Shown here: piece after piece, positions 33,221 through 44,804 of the stretch
How the letters are laid out: the number at the start of each line of letters is the position of its first letter
Position numbering within the stretch: position 1 is the stretch's first letter
Assembly: GCF_036321535.1 (NCBI RefSeq)
Contig: NC_087451.1
Span: 45,570,001 to 45,634,000, forward strand
DNA length: 64,000 nt
Reading direction: 5' to 3'
DNA from: Camelus dromedarius
Lineage: Eukaryota
Notes under the pieces: generated by a model
What the model was told of the DNA's origin: nothing
What the model saw: only the letters and a program-made list of their open reading frames with translations
Databases searched by the model: none
Translations under genes and position numbers: made by a program

Positions 33221-35199
33221 GGCTCAGAGCCTGTGCTTTTGCCCTATATGGTGGGAGGGTGGGGGCATGGAAAGTTAGAACAAAATGGGAAAGGGCCTAC
33301 CCCAAGGGCCTTGGGTAAGAAGGGAATGAGATTTCTATGCTAAGGATAGTGGACAATGGGAGCAGCTGATGAGATTTCTTTCCTCCAAGCTTGGCCAAGA
33401 CCCTACTCAGTTTCTCCCAACCTTGCCAAGTCAGTCCTGGGACTTCACACTAAGTTTGTCCTGGAGTGACCCTGACACTCAGCTCAGGGCTAGGGCAAAA
33501 CAGTTACCTGGTTCTTCCTACAGGACTTCCCAGCCAAAGCCCCTGGTTCCTGGGGTCACTGTGCTCCACCTGCAGCCCCTGGGATGCTCCACATCAGCAC
33601 CCTTGCATTGGTGGGGTAAGAGTGTAAAAAATGGAGCCAAGGGCCAGGTAGTGTCTAAGAACAGTTAAAAGTGGAGTAACGGGCAAAACCAGGAGGATCC
33701 CCTTAGCAGGACCCATCTGGGGAGGAACTTGAGTAGGGAATAGGGGGCAGCTGGCCTGGAGAGCTGGGTTCTGATCCAGAGGAGGCTTGTTTCCACAGCC
33801 ATTCCTCTTCTCTAGGTTTAGTCCTCAGCTTCACTGGACCTTCCCAAGTACCCATTCCTGGAGCCTGCCAGCCACCATTCTGGGCCTCCCAATACAGGCC
33901 TCCTTACTAGACCAGAGGAGGGTGGGTCTGAGCTGACTGTGCCTAAAGGAAATAGTTTTCGTTCCTTGCTCAGAGCCTCAGAAGAACTAACCAGCAGACT
34001 GGGGCGGGGGCGGGGGGGTGGAAGGGGCAGGGGAGGAAAACAGTCTTGGAGTGAAAGGGAAGAGGAAAGAACATACAAGCAGGTCCCCCATATCTAGGGC
34101 TCCATCTCCTTCCTTCCCTCACCACCCGTGGTGGTGGTGGGGGATGGGGATAAGGGGATGGAGGAGGGCAGAACTAGAGGAAGATGTGGTAACAGCTGAT
34201 TCGTCCCCTGAGGTCACACTTTCCAACAAACAGCTGTTACTGGGTTGGGAGGCAGGAAGTTTCCTTAAAGGCACAACGTTCTGAACACAGTTTCAGAATT
34301 CTGGAGATCCCAAGAACGACAGCAATCACTTGGTGGAGGATGTCTTTAATACGGAAGGAACTGTCTCACACTCCAGGCTGTTACCTTCACCCTCAGTTGG
34401 AAGCTTATGGAAAAGTCACGGATGCCTGTCCACACGTTGCTCTTTGGTGGTGGTGGTGGAGAGGAGGGAGTGAAGAAGTCGGGTGGGTCTCAGACTTGCT
34501 CCTTTAAATAAGCGGTTCGACAGCTTTTGCCAAGTCATTGGGTTCTTTTCCGGGTTTTTTTTTCCCCATTTCCCACCCCCCCCCTAGTCTCCGATTGGCT
34601 TCTGGGGAAAGAGCAGCTTCCTCATTGGTCTACACCTTTGGAATCTCTTCCCTAAGTAGGCCTGAGTCAGTGAAAAGCTTCTAGAGGGCGGGACAGAATG
34701 TGGGTATTAGGTAGAGGACGGGGTTGCTGACCAGTTGCACTTCGGCCCGGCTCCTAGTTTCTAACCATAAGTGTTCCTACTACCCTCAGGTGAAGACCGT
34801 GCTATAAATCTTTCGTTAGGAAGCTGCTGCTTGGGCGGCTCTCTCTCTGCGACTGAGAAATCTTCCACAAGAAAAGTCTCCTCTGTTTTGGAAGGGCCCT
34901 CCCAGGAGGGGTGGACTAGATCGCTCTAGTGAATGCTGCGACCAGACGAGGTGCGCAGTCCTCCCACAAAAGCCCTCACGAGTCATTCCAAAGGAAGAGC
35001 CTGCTGCCCTGAGGGCTGATTACCACCATCAGGTCTGCTCACTCCTGTTGCTTCTCCTGCTCAACCTTTCCTTAGAGAGCTATCTCCTGCTGCAGAGGTC
35101 AGCGAATCCGTTTTGGAGTTGTCGAAAAGAACCACTCACGGCTCCAGAAAGGAGGGGCTGTAGCCCTTTAAGGACTTCGCCAGGATGGATTCGGAGAAC

Positions 35200-35600
35200 C
35201 GTTTAAAAATGCCAACTCACAGAGCGCGCTGGATTCTGGGAGCGAGATTTCAGACCGGGAACTACATTGACCAGTATGCACTGCAAACACACACGCCTTT
35301 ACTTCCTACTGCTTTTTAGGACTCGGCTTTGACGTAGCGCTCTTCTAAGCAAGTAGCCTAGGCGGAGGACTGTGCCACGCCTTTTCACCTATTGGCCAGA
35401 TCACAAGTTGGTGGGCGTGGCTTAGCGCAATTCCGCTAGGCAAAGGGGTGGTCTCCTTGCCAATCAGAGCTAAGGCGGTCGGGGAGGCGGGACCAGGGCG
35501 AAGCGCTGGCGCCCCCGAGTGGGTGTGGTCACGCTGCCCAGCAGTGGGCGGTGATTGGCCCTGGGCGGTGCAATCGCAGCTTGTGCGTCACGACGCCGCC
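35200..35600. promoter_or_regulatory. Bidirectional CpG-island promoter: MIR22HG (+) and an upstream non-coding WDR81 first exon (-, donor GTGAGT at 35220)
   Basis: CCAAT boxes at 35391, 35460 and 35554, GC boxes, CRE-like TGCGTCA 35584-35590, and an ACTACA/ZNF143-like motif 35261-35279. The head-to-head arrangement is known from human. Confidence 0.75.
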
Positions 35601-38600
35601 AGCTGATCGGAGACTGGAGCCGGTGTGTGCTGGGCGCTGGGAAGAGACAGCGCCGCCGGCCGTGGGGGACGGACGCACTGATTTGCTCCCCTACCTTCAA
35701 CAACCCCCCACCCAGCACCAGGTGGGTGTGAGCTGGGGTCCCGACTGCACAGGAGGGAACTGTGCTAATGGAGTAATGGGGGAGAGTAAGGTCTTGACGG
35801 CCACACCCTGCCCTTCCGGGGGAGGGGAGAGGGGGCGGCGGGGGCTGGGGCGCTCCGGGGGAGAGGGGTCTGGACTGGCTGGAGTAGTGTGTCAGGAGAT
35901 TTAAAGAAAGAGTCCGGGATAGTAGTCATAGCAGAAGGTTTTGCAGAGTAGCTGGGAGGAAGACGAGGGGCCGGAGGGCTGGAGGCAGCTAACCTCGGCG
36001 CCCTCTGGGCCGAGGATACCGGAGCCGGCCTCACGGCTTGGGGAGGATTTGGATGGGGTGGGGAGCGGGGAGGTGCTTTGCCTCTACCGGCACTCATTGG
36101 GTCAGGGCCAGTAGAGCGCCCTGGCAGGGAAGGGGTCTCTGGGCGGGCCGGGCCCTCCTCTCCTTCCCTCCAGGGGATGTTATGTAAGGGGGAAGGGGAG
36201 AGGAGTAGGGGGCGGTGGTGCCGGCGCCTTATGCAACCCAAAGGTTAGGGTTTCACCGCGGTTGGTGTGGGAGCGGGCAGGAGGAGAGCCTGGAAACTCT
36301 AACCGCCCCCCCTCCCCAGCCTAACTGGTCGTTTTGGGCCGAGAGAAGGTCACCTCTGCACCTCCCCCCAGCCTGTCCGGTTGTGGGGCCCCTAGCCCAG
36401 GCCTGGCCCTGACCGCCTGGGAAGCCGGCTGGCTGGGTGGGGCGCCTGGGTTAGTCATCATTGGGCTCCCTCTCTCCCCACCTCCCGGCCAACTCTTGGC
36501 CCCTCCCCGTGGCCTCTGGCTAGGCTATCGCCCCCACCTCCCTCCGGCCCTAGTTCCAGCCTCCAACTCATTTGGCCTGTCATCCTGGCTGTCAGACTGA
36601 GCTAGGAGTTGTCAGGGTGCCAAGGGGTTGATGGAGCAGCTGGTCAGAGGGTCAGTGCCCTGGGCCCACCCCGCCCTGCAGCCAAGGGCACCTGCTTGGC
36701 ACAGACTCTCAGCAGCAGCTGAGTCCTTTGAGTTGAAAAGAGCCTGCTCAGACAGAGGAGTGGGAAGGAGTTGGACTGGTCACCTAGGAGAAGGAAGATA
36801 CCACAAAGTTCATGCTTCCCAAGAGGGTTTTGTAATTTGAAAACCTCCCACCCTAATCTTTCTTACCCTCTTTGTATAGAAATTTCAAAGCAAGACCACT
36901 TTGGCCCCTTACACTCTCGTGGGCCATGCCCTTGGACTGAGCGTCAGCACAGACCCACCCTCCCCAGCTCACAGCCCTCAAGCCTGNNNNNNNNNNNNNN
37001 NNNNNNNNNNNNNNNNNNNNNNNNNNNNNNNNNNNNNNNNNNNNNNNNNNNNNNNNNNNNNNNNNNNNNNNNNNNNNNNNNNNNNNNNNNNNNNNNNNNN
37101 NNNNNNNNNNNNNNNNNNNNNNNNNNNNNNNNNNNNNNNNNNNNNNNNNNNNNNNNNNNNNNNNNNNNNNNNNNNNNNNNNNGAAGCTGCCCAACCACCC
37201 TGCCTGTACCTCCCTCTCCTCCAGCCTCTGGTCCCCTGTCTTCTCCTCACAGTCCCAGGAGCCTCTGCTGACCTTCTTCCAAACTCTAGACCTCCTCCCT
37301 TCCTTACTCTTCCCCAGATGTAGGCCCCCAAAACCCTACCAGCTGAACTCCCTGGGAACAAGTCAGTTGGGCTGATCCCCGAACTTACAGTTCTGGACCA
37401 GAGGTACAACTTCTTACCTAATACCTGGTTGACTGGTGGGGTGTGTCCAGGGTCCCAGGTCCTGCCCTCTCTCAGTGCTGAGGAGGCTGGGGGCCTCTGT
37501 GAGTAGCTGGGGCCAGAGGAGGGAGTGAGAGCAGATCTGGGTTTCTATAGCCTTCAGTTCTGGAAAGAGGAGCAAGGAAGTAGGTTTAGAGCTATCTCTT
37601 GTCTCTACTGAAGGGCCAGGTCAGAGCCAAGAACCCTTATTAGAAGGTTGAACATCTGCCGGGACTGGACTTTGATGCCACTGGGGCAGTGTCCCTGTGA
37701 CATGGCCCTGCTCAGAACTTTCCCATTTTTCTTTCCTTTCCCTTTAGGAAGCTGTANNNNNNNNNNNNNNNNNNNNNNNNNNNNNNNNNNNNNNNNNNNN
37801 NNNNNNNNNNNNNNNNNNNNNNNNNNNNNNNNNNNNNNNNNNNNNNNNNNNNNNNNNNNNNNNNNNNNNNNNNNNNNNNNNNNNNNNNNNNNNNNNNNNN
37901 NNNNNNNNNNCCTGGAAGGTGACAGAACTCGGGCTGGGAAGGTCTGAACAGCGAGAGTGATGATACCTTTTGGGAAAGGGAACCCTATTCAGTTGGAGAA
38001 CCTTCACCCAGATTGACCCAGCAAGAGAGAAAATTTCAGATTAGAGACTCTGGCTGAACTGGGGAATAGATGGCTCTGACTGCCCAGGGTTAGTTGGTCT
38101 TTGTGTGACAGTGGGAGAAAGTGGAGCCAAGAAAACCCTGTCTACCCCTTTACCAGATGTCTTTCTTGACCCTCCTTCCTTCCTCGTCCCCCATTTTTTT
38201 CTACAGGTCTTTCCGGGTGAAATCCCAAAGGAAGTTTCCTCTTCAGGGCAAAGGTCATACTGAGACACCCATCTGAGTGGTCCCCTGCCCCTGCTCTTAC
38301 TTTTTCCATGTTTCCTTGGTCTGGCCCAGACTCTAGATTCAGGGATACTCACGTCTGTGGGAGACCCTTAGACCTCCTGTCTCAGCTTCTCCACCTGTGA
38401 GGGGGGAATCACACAGTTGAGCATGCATGAGGAAATCAGAAGCCCTTGTGCAGACTCAGAGCCTGGACTCTACTCTCCCTGTGGGTGGGAACAAAACAGC
38501 TTTTCACGTCTTAAGCTATTGCCCTTCCCCCATCCCTGTATAGATCCCCAGGAGCAGGGGGGTAGGGTGTGGAGGGAGTTGAGGGAGGGGCTAGGGCTAG

Positions 38601-39530
38601 ACCAATGCAAGATGTTGGTGGGAGCTCATTCTCTGCATTGACTGCCTACCATGTGAAGGTGGCCCAGGCTTCCCCTGCCTCCCAAAGCAGAACTGCAGCC
38701 CCTGATGGGGTTCCAGCTGCCTCTGCTCTCTTCCTTCACTTCACTTTCTTGGATAGTGTGTGAGACTCAGCTCAAGCCTGTGCAGGCAGGAAATTCTCCC
38801 CTCCAGCAGCCAGGGGAAGATGGGTAATAGGATGTGACCCATTTGGGGGAATCAGGCATTGTAAACTTGCCACCCACGGCTCCTGATCTAATCTCCTTCT
38901 CAGGCTCAGGCTCTGATGTGGTTTAGCCTTGGCCAAGGCTCCCTGCCTGAAGGCGACCGAGTTCAGGGGTTATAGGGAGCTGTTTGTTCTGTTTGGGGAC
39001 AGGAGTTGTACAGGGAGCTGGGTCCTATTCTCCATTTATGAGAAACAGATTTAGGAGGGAGTAGATCATTGAATCCACCCTTCTGCAGCCTAAGCTGGAT
39101 GTGAGTGGGACTGCGGTAGAGGGAGGTGGGTAGACTGAGTCTACTCGTCGGCTGCAACAAAGATCACTCTGTCCCCGGACATTGCTTCCCTCCTTTCTTC
39201 CCCTCCTCGCTTTGCTGGCTACAGTGTATCCATCCAGCCTTTGGTATGTGGCTCTGCCATCCTCACCCATCATGGAGCAGAAATGAGGAAGAGCAGCCTG
39301 GGAACACAGAGGCAGGCAGAAGACCAGTGAAGGACCAGTTCTGGAGAACACAGGGTCCTGTCTGGGCATCCTGAGAGAGGGCTCATAAAGGCCAGGACCA
39401 TCCCAGGACAGCCAGCCTCCATCGAGGACAAGCTTCCAGCCATCTACTTCATTCTCCATTTGTCTCCAGTCTTTCTGCCTCCCTGAGATGTGAGACTGTA
39501 TTAAAGTGTCCTTGGCTTCATTCTCCTGCT
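35580..39530 (+). ncRNA. MIR22HG: MIR22 host gene lncRNA. Exon 1 ~35580-35721, exon 2 37748-37918, putative exon 3 from 38207, putative last exon from 38904; ATTAAA at 39500-39505
   Basis: Syntenic position between WDR81 and TLCD2. Donor CAG|GTGGGT at 35722, acceptor TTTAG|GAAGCTGTA at 37748 and donor CTGGAAG|GTGACAG at 37919 resemble the human exon-2 ends as recalled. Exons 3 and 4 are less certain. Confidence 0.75.
37757..37910 (+). ncRNA. MIR22: pre-miR-22, inferred to lie inside this N-gap; the sequence is not visible
   Basis: Inference only. The visible flanks match the ends of the miR-22-bearing MIR22HG exon, the 154-N gap is long enough for the hairpin, and I found no mature miR-22 sequence elsewhere in the window. 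Confidence 0.65.
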
Positions 39531-39599
39531 TCCACCTCTCCCCCACCCTGTAATTTTTATATAAGTACCCTCCAGGAGCAAGAACCAGCTGTGAAAGGA

Positions 39600-40340
39600 C
39601 ATACACAGAAAATTCAGAAAAGAAATTCAAATGGATAAAACCCTGGGGGAAAAATGTATGCTTCATTAGTAATTACAGAGGCAAATATAGCTGAAAGCAT
39701 TTTTCTGGTAGCAAACTATAACAAAAAATAAGACCCAGTTATTGGCAAAAGGAGTACTAAAATAACACTCCCATATATTGCATATGGGGATACAAACTGA
39801 TACAGCCTTACTGATGTCAGTTTGGTAATATGTATCAAACATCTTAAAAGTTCCATGGCCTTTGACCTAGTCATTCTACATTTGGGAATTTATCCTAAGA
39901 AAATAAAGATTAGTTATAAGATGTTCATCCCAGCATTGCAGTTGAGAAAAATAGGAAGCAACTATCTGGTTGGGAATTCATTTCTTTGCTGCTGCAATGA
40001 AAATTTGCAAGAGGGGATTGCTTAAGTAAGTTATTGTATATCCATCCAGATGGTAGAGTACTGCGCAGCCATTTAAAGTCACATAGAAGAACATTTGACT
40101 GGAAAGAAAAATGCTCTTTGAATATTAAAAAGGTTATAAAAATGGTGTGTATTCTGTAATCTCAGTTTTGGTTTTTTTAAAATATGGATGTATACTTGTA
40201 TACATAAAGCAGTTTAAAGAAGAAACTGAGGACGTACTCCAAATTGTTAATAACAGTGGTTATCTTTGGAGGGTGGAATAAAGTCATTGTAATTTTCCTC
40301 TTTGGTTTCTCTGTAATTGCCAAATTTTCTACAGTAATTG
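39600..40340 (+). mobile_element. Ancient L1 (L1ME-type) 3' remnant
   Basis: CCTTTGACCTAGTCATTCTACATTTGGGAATTTATCCTAAG and GTATATCCATCCAGATGG...TGCGCAGCCATTTAAA. Confidence 0.65.
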
Positions 40341-41668
40341 TGTATGGCTTTCATATAATAAATAAAATTTAAGAGAATCAGTGTTATTTTTAAAAGATGT
40401 GGAAGAATGCAGGGATACCGCCAGCCCCATGGACTTACTGGGGTTTTGGTGGAGGAAGGGGGTTGTGAGATGTTTGAAAGAGATGTATTGGTTTATGAAT
40501 TTCATTCTTTGGGAGTAGCTGGAATTCACCCTCTCCTGTACAGGCAACAGCTCCTCTCTGAATTGGTGACCTCTAAAGAGGTGTGGAGTGGAGAAAGACA
40601 GAAGGAAAACACTGAAAACCTGTTACTCTTCGGGAGAAGAAAATCTTCCTCCTCCAAGGATGAAAGATTCTAGAATCCTAACAGTGCTGTTGCTGAAAGC
40701 AAGATGAGTCTTTGTTTTTCTCTTTGCTTCTGCCCCAATCTTGAGGTGACCCTGTGTGACCTTCCTTGCCTCCCAGATTGGTAGAAATAGTCTCATCCCC
40801 ACACACAGATACCAAGCCCTGGGGGAGAGGTGCTTTTCAAGACTATAGGACTGAATGGTTCCCTTTTGCCTCCCCTTCCTAATAATAAGGCTTCTCTGTA
40901 GGGCCCCCGAAAGAGGTTAGGGGAGGAATTCCCAGTGGATCTCTTCTCCAAAATGGGAGCTGTTGTTCCCTATGAGAGTTACTAAGTGAAAGGACAGGAC
41001 TCCTGGAGTTATAGGGTTGCCAGGATGTGTTAAAGGTCTGGAAACTTCGGGAAGAGGTAGCTCCAAGGAAGCGAGGTGCTCCTCCTCCTGAGACGAGGGT
41101 GGGGTGCGGAGCAGAGCGGCCGGGAGGTTTAAGCAATTGGGAGTGGGTTTGCTCTGGCCTCTTAAGTTCAGGGCTGCATGGGTAGATAGGGTGGGTAGGA
41201 GGACCAGCAGGTGAGAGGTTAGAGCAGGCAGAGGCGGTGAAAGTTAATGGGGCTGGGACTCTGGGAGTGTCAGCTGAGATTTGCGACCCATTTCTGGATT
41301 TGCGAGAAGTTCGGGACACAAGAGGTTGGGGAAGACCCCTATCGACATCCCAGAAAGCCCCCATGAGCTCCGCTGCAGTCTTGATCCCCGGGAGCCCTCT
41401 ACCCGCCATCGCCCGCTAGGGCGGGTCGCGATCGGTTGCTGTGGCTCCAGGGGCGGTGGCCCCACCGCTGCTCCAATCACCGCCCAGCCGAGGGCTGGGG
41501 GCGTGGACGAGCCCTGGAAAAGTTAAAGCCGATTCCAAAGGCGGGGCGGGCGGGGGAGCCCAGGGACCCAGCCTTGGCCGGAAGCCGGTTCACAGTCCCC
41601 GCAGGGGGCGTTGGCTGAGAGCTCAGGGGCCCCAGGGACCCATCAGGACCTAGCCCTCCCGCCAGGCC

Positions 41669-43472
41669 ATGGAGCCCTCCGGGCTCCTCGTGACCGGTGC
41701 CTCCTTCGCCGCCTTCCGGGGGCTGCACTGGGGGTTACAGTTGCTGCCCACGCCGGGATCTGCTGCCCAGGACCGTTGGAAGTGGCGGAACATCTGTGTC
41801 TCCCTGGTGCACAGCCTGCTGACGGGGGCCGGGGCGCTGCTCGGGTGCGGGATTTAGATAAAGGTTTGGGGGCACCATGGTGAGGATGAGGGAGTGGAGT
41901 GGAAGGCTGAGATTAGAACACCCGGCGGGCACCTTTACAATCAATATGAGATCTTAAGAGTCTTGAGACTAGGGTGGGGATGTTCATAGGTGGGCGGTGT
42001 GGATCAGTCCACAGAGGAAGAACGGAATCCGGGTCTGCTCAGACGCTGACTGTGGCTCCCTCGTCTCCTCCAGGCTGTCACTGTACCCTCAGATGGCCGC
42101 GGACCCGATTCATGGCCACCCACCCTGGGCCCTGGCGCTGGTGGCTGTATCTGTGGGTGAGTCTGAAGGGAAGGCTGGACCGATTTGGGGTGAGGGGTAA
42201 CCTTCCAACGGTAATTCCAGGTCTCCTTCCCCTTCCGGTCCCTGCAGGGGTTAAATGTTTCTGACAGCCTTGCCGAAGGAAACTAGAGAGCTAAGGAAAG
42301 GAGATGGAGATTCCTCTCCAGACTGTAAACTGGTTTGGGCAAAGTCTAACACCACCCTCCCCTCCTTGCCCACAGGTTATTTCCTGGCTGATGGAGCAGA
42401 CATGCTGTGGAACCAGACATTGGGTCAGGCCTGGGAACTTCTCTGTCACCATTTGGTGGTGAGACTTGGGGAGAGGCAAGACATGAAAGGAGGCATCCCC
42501 AGCCTGGGGTCCCCAATCTCTCATCAGCTTTCTGTCCTATGACTTCCCAGAGAGTTTCTGACCCTAGCTGGTGCATTGTCTTCCCAACCTTGGGCTGAAT
42601 TTGGGGGGAGAGGACTGACTGCTGGCCGCAGCTGGGAGTCTGAACACTGCCTAAAGAGATTGGATTCCCACAGTTGTCCAACCGATTGCAGAAATGTTGA
42701 CTATGGAGCTTTTCTGAGAGGTGGAACCCCAGTATAAAGACTGGGGATGGGGAGTGAAACCACAGGAATAGAAGTTCGAGGGGGTTCCACACAGTTGCTG
42801 CAGCTCCAGGGCAGAAAGCCTCCTGGCCAAAGCAGTTTCAGTTCTATGGAAGGATTGTTTCAAGGTCATTCAGGCCCCTACTATTAAGGGTAAGCCTGAA
42901 GGTTGGGTTTGGGGGGGGCCCACAAAATCCTTAGGAGCCCCTGTCAAGGACTGAGATATTGGGACATGATGGAAGGTAAGTCATGGAAGGTCCTCTGACC
43001 TCTGACCTCGGCTCTCCAGGTAGTGAGCTGCCTCAGCACTGCCATTCTGTCTGGCCACTACGTGGGCTTCTCTGTGGTGTCTTTGCTCCTGGAGCTGAAC
43101 TCCACCTGCCTGCACCTACGAAAGCTGCTGCTGCTTTCTCACCAGGCCCCATCCCTGGCCTTCAGCGTGACTAGCTGGGCCACTCTGGCTACCCTAGCTG
43201 TCTTCCGCCTGGTACCACTGGGGTGGATGAGTCTGTGGCTAATCCGGCAACACCATCAGGTGCCTCTTGCTCTGGTCATCCTTGGTGGAACTGGACTAGT
43301 GACTGTGGGTGCCATGAGCATCACACTGGGTGTCCGCATCCTAGTCAGTGATGTCCTGCGATCTCGGCCCCACCCACCCATCCCTGGACACAAGGAAACC
43401 AGGGGCACCAGGACATGTTGTGATGGTGAGCCTGTCACCAGGGTTGATTCCACTCTCAGCCTGAGAGACTGA
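41669..43472 (+). CDS. TLCD2: TLC domain-containing protein 2, 264 aa. Exons 41669-41844, 42074-42156, 42376-42458, 43020-43472
   Basis: 795 nt in frame with GT-AG junctions. MEPSGLLVTGASFAAFRGLHWGL...WRNICVSLVHSLL...GYFLADG...LLCHHLV...LLLELNSTCLHLRKLL...FRLVPL has the hydrophobic TLC (TRAM/LAG1/CLN8) motifs. Confidence 0.96.
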
Positions 43473-43755
43473 AGAGGAGCCTCAGGCTCCTCTTCTGCCA
43501 GCCCTGTGGGAGGTAGGACCAGGACAAGGAGATGGTTGTCTTCAGTGCACAGTCTCCCAGGCGTAAGAACTGGGCCAGATCTTCAGTTATCTCAGTTCCT
43601 CTTCCAGGTAACTCAATCCCTCCCCCATTCCTAGGATCTGAGAAGAACTAATATTCATGGATGGTTGGGAACTTGGGCTATTGTTAACAGAATCCCATCA
43701 CCAGATGACCGCCCTTTCCAGCACACTAACTTAAGAGGTTAAAGCCTGTGCTACC

Positions 43756-43761
43756 AATAAA
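43756..43761 (+). terminator. TLCD2: Candidate proximal TLCD2 polyadenylation signal AATAAA
   Basis: AATAAA about 285 nt after the stop codon. Confidence 0.5.
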
Positions 43762-44402
43762 GGGTGGTAGGAGGCAGGAAGCTGATGAAACTGCCAGTTG
43801 GAACAGAAACTCTTTGCTTTAGCACAGGAACAGATGAGGAAAGATGAAGTCACTAGGATCAAAGAGCTCTGGTAAGGAAGGGGTGGGACCAGAGGGAAGA
43901 GCGACCTCACCTATAACCAAATTTTGGCAGTTGGCGGAGGGCACAGCAGGTTCTATGTATAGCTAGTAGGGATGGACATAACAGTTGCCAAGAGACAGAG
44001 GAAATCGGACCACAACAATTGCTGGTGATATTTTTGGTTCTCAAAGCCATACTATTCTGTTTGTACTTAACCCTAGTCCTACTGTGTGCAACATCTTCCC
44101 TTTAAATGTTTTTAGTGTCTTCTGATGTTTTCAAAGGAAATACAGATTCTTAGAGGAATGAGCACAGGGCTAGGTCTGTTTTCTCAGAACTGTAATGAAG
44201 TCCAGAGCCATAGCAGGAACTCAACCACCCAATCTGGGTGCCTGGAGTAGGGTCTTCCCAGACCCAGACATTAATGGAAGAATGAAGGTAGAGGCAGAAG
44301 CAGATGAAGGAAGGCTTCCACTTGGCTGCAGAGGAATTAAGGAATATTTGACTCTCTTCTGGGATTTGTTGCAAGTTCCCCTTTCTCCTCTGCTGCTTCT
44401 AT

Positions 44403-44406
<4 letters not shown>

Positions 44407-44458
<52 letters not shown>

Positions 44459-44466
44459 GTGTGTGT
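44407..44466. repeat. (TG)n microsatellite, about 25 uninterrupted units
   Basis: Directly visible. Confidence 0.97.
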
Positions 44467-44656
44467 CACACAAGACCCCTTGCTTCTTCAGGCAGAACTT
44501 CCAGATTATGGGAAGTGTAAACAGATTAAGGCTGCTATTCTATTAAACAATGGACAGAAATCAGTAACCTTTAATCATCCGCAGAAAAGATACCTGAGCA
44601 AAAGCAAAAGACAGGAAGATGAAAGCAAAAAATCCTGTCAAAAAGCTGAGCTAGAG

Positions 44657-44804
44657 GGGGAGGAGGGTATAGTTCAGTGGTAGAGTGCATGCCTAGCATG
44701 CATGAGGTCCTGGGTTCAATCCCCAGTATCTCCATTAAGTAAAAAATAAATAAATAAACCTCCTCCCAACAAAAATTGAAAATAAAAAAAGATAAAATTT
44801 AAAA
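44657..44804 (+). mobile_element. tRNA-derived camelid-type SINE (Vic-1-like) with 16-bp TSD
   Basis: GGGTATAGTTCAGTGGTAGAG (A box)...GGGTTCAATCCCC (B box) followed by an A-rich tail. TSD AAAAGCTGAGCTAGAG at 44641-44656 and 44805-44820. Confidence 0.9.

Noticed and set aside
36771-37409. ORFs containing long X runs
   Set aside because: Artefacts of N-gaps suppressing stop codons.
44195-44683. 162-aa ORF with a CVCVCV run, and the antisense THTHTH ORF
   Set aside because: Produced by the (TG)n microsatellite.
44657-44735. tRNA-like A/B boxes, also at 45671, 45841, 52155 and 53483
   Set aside because: SINE heads with A-rich tails and TSDs, not tRNA genes.
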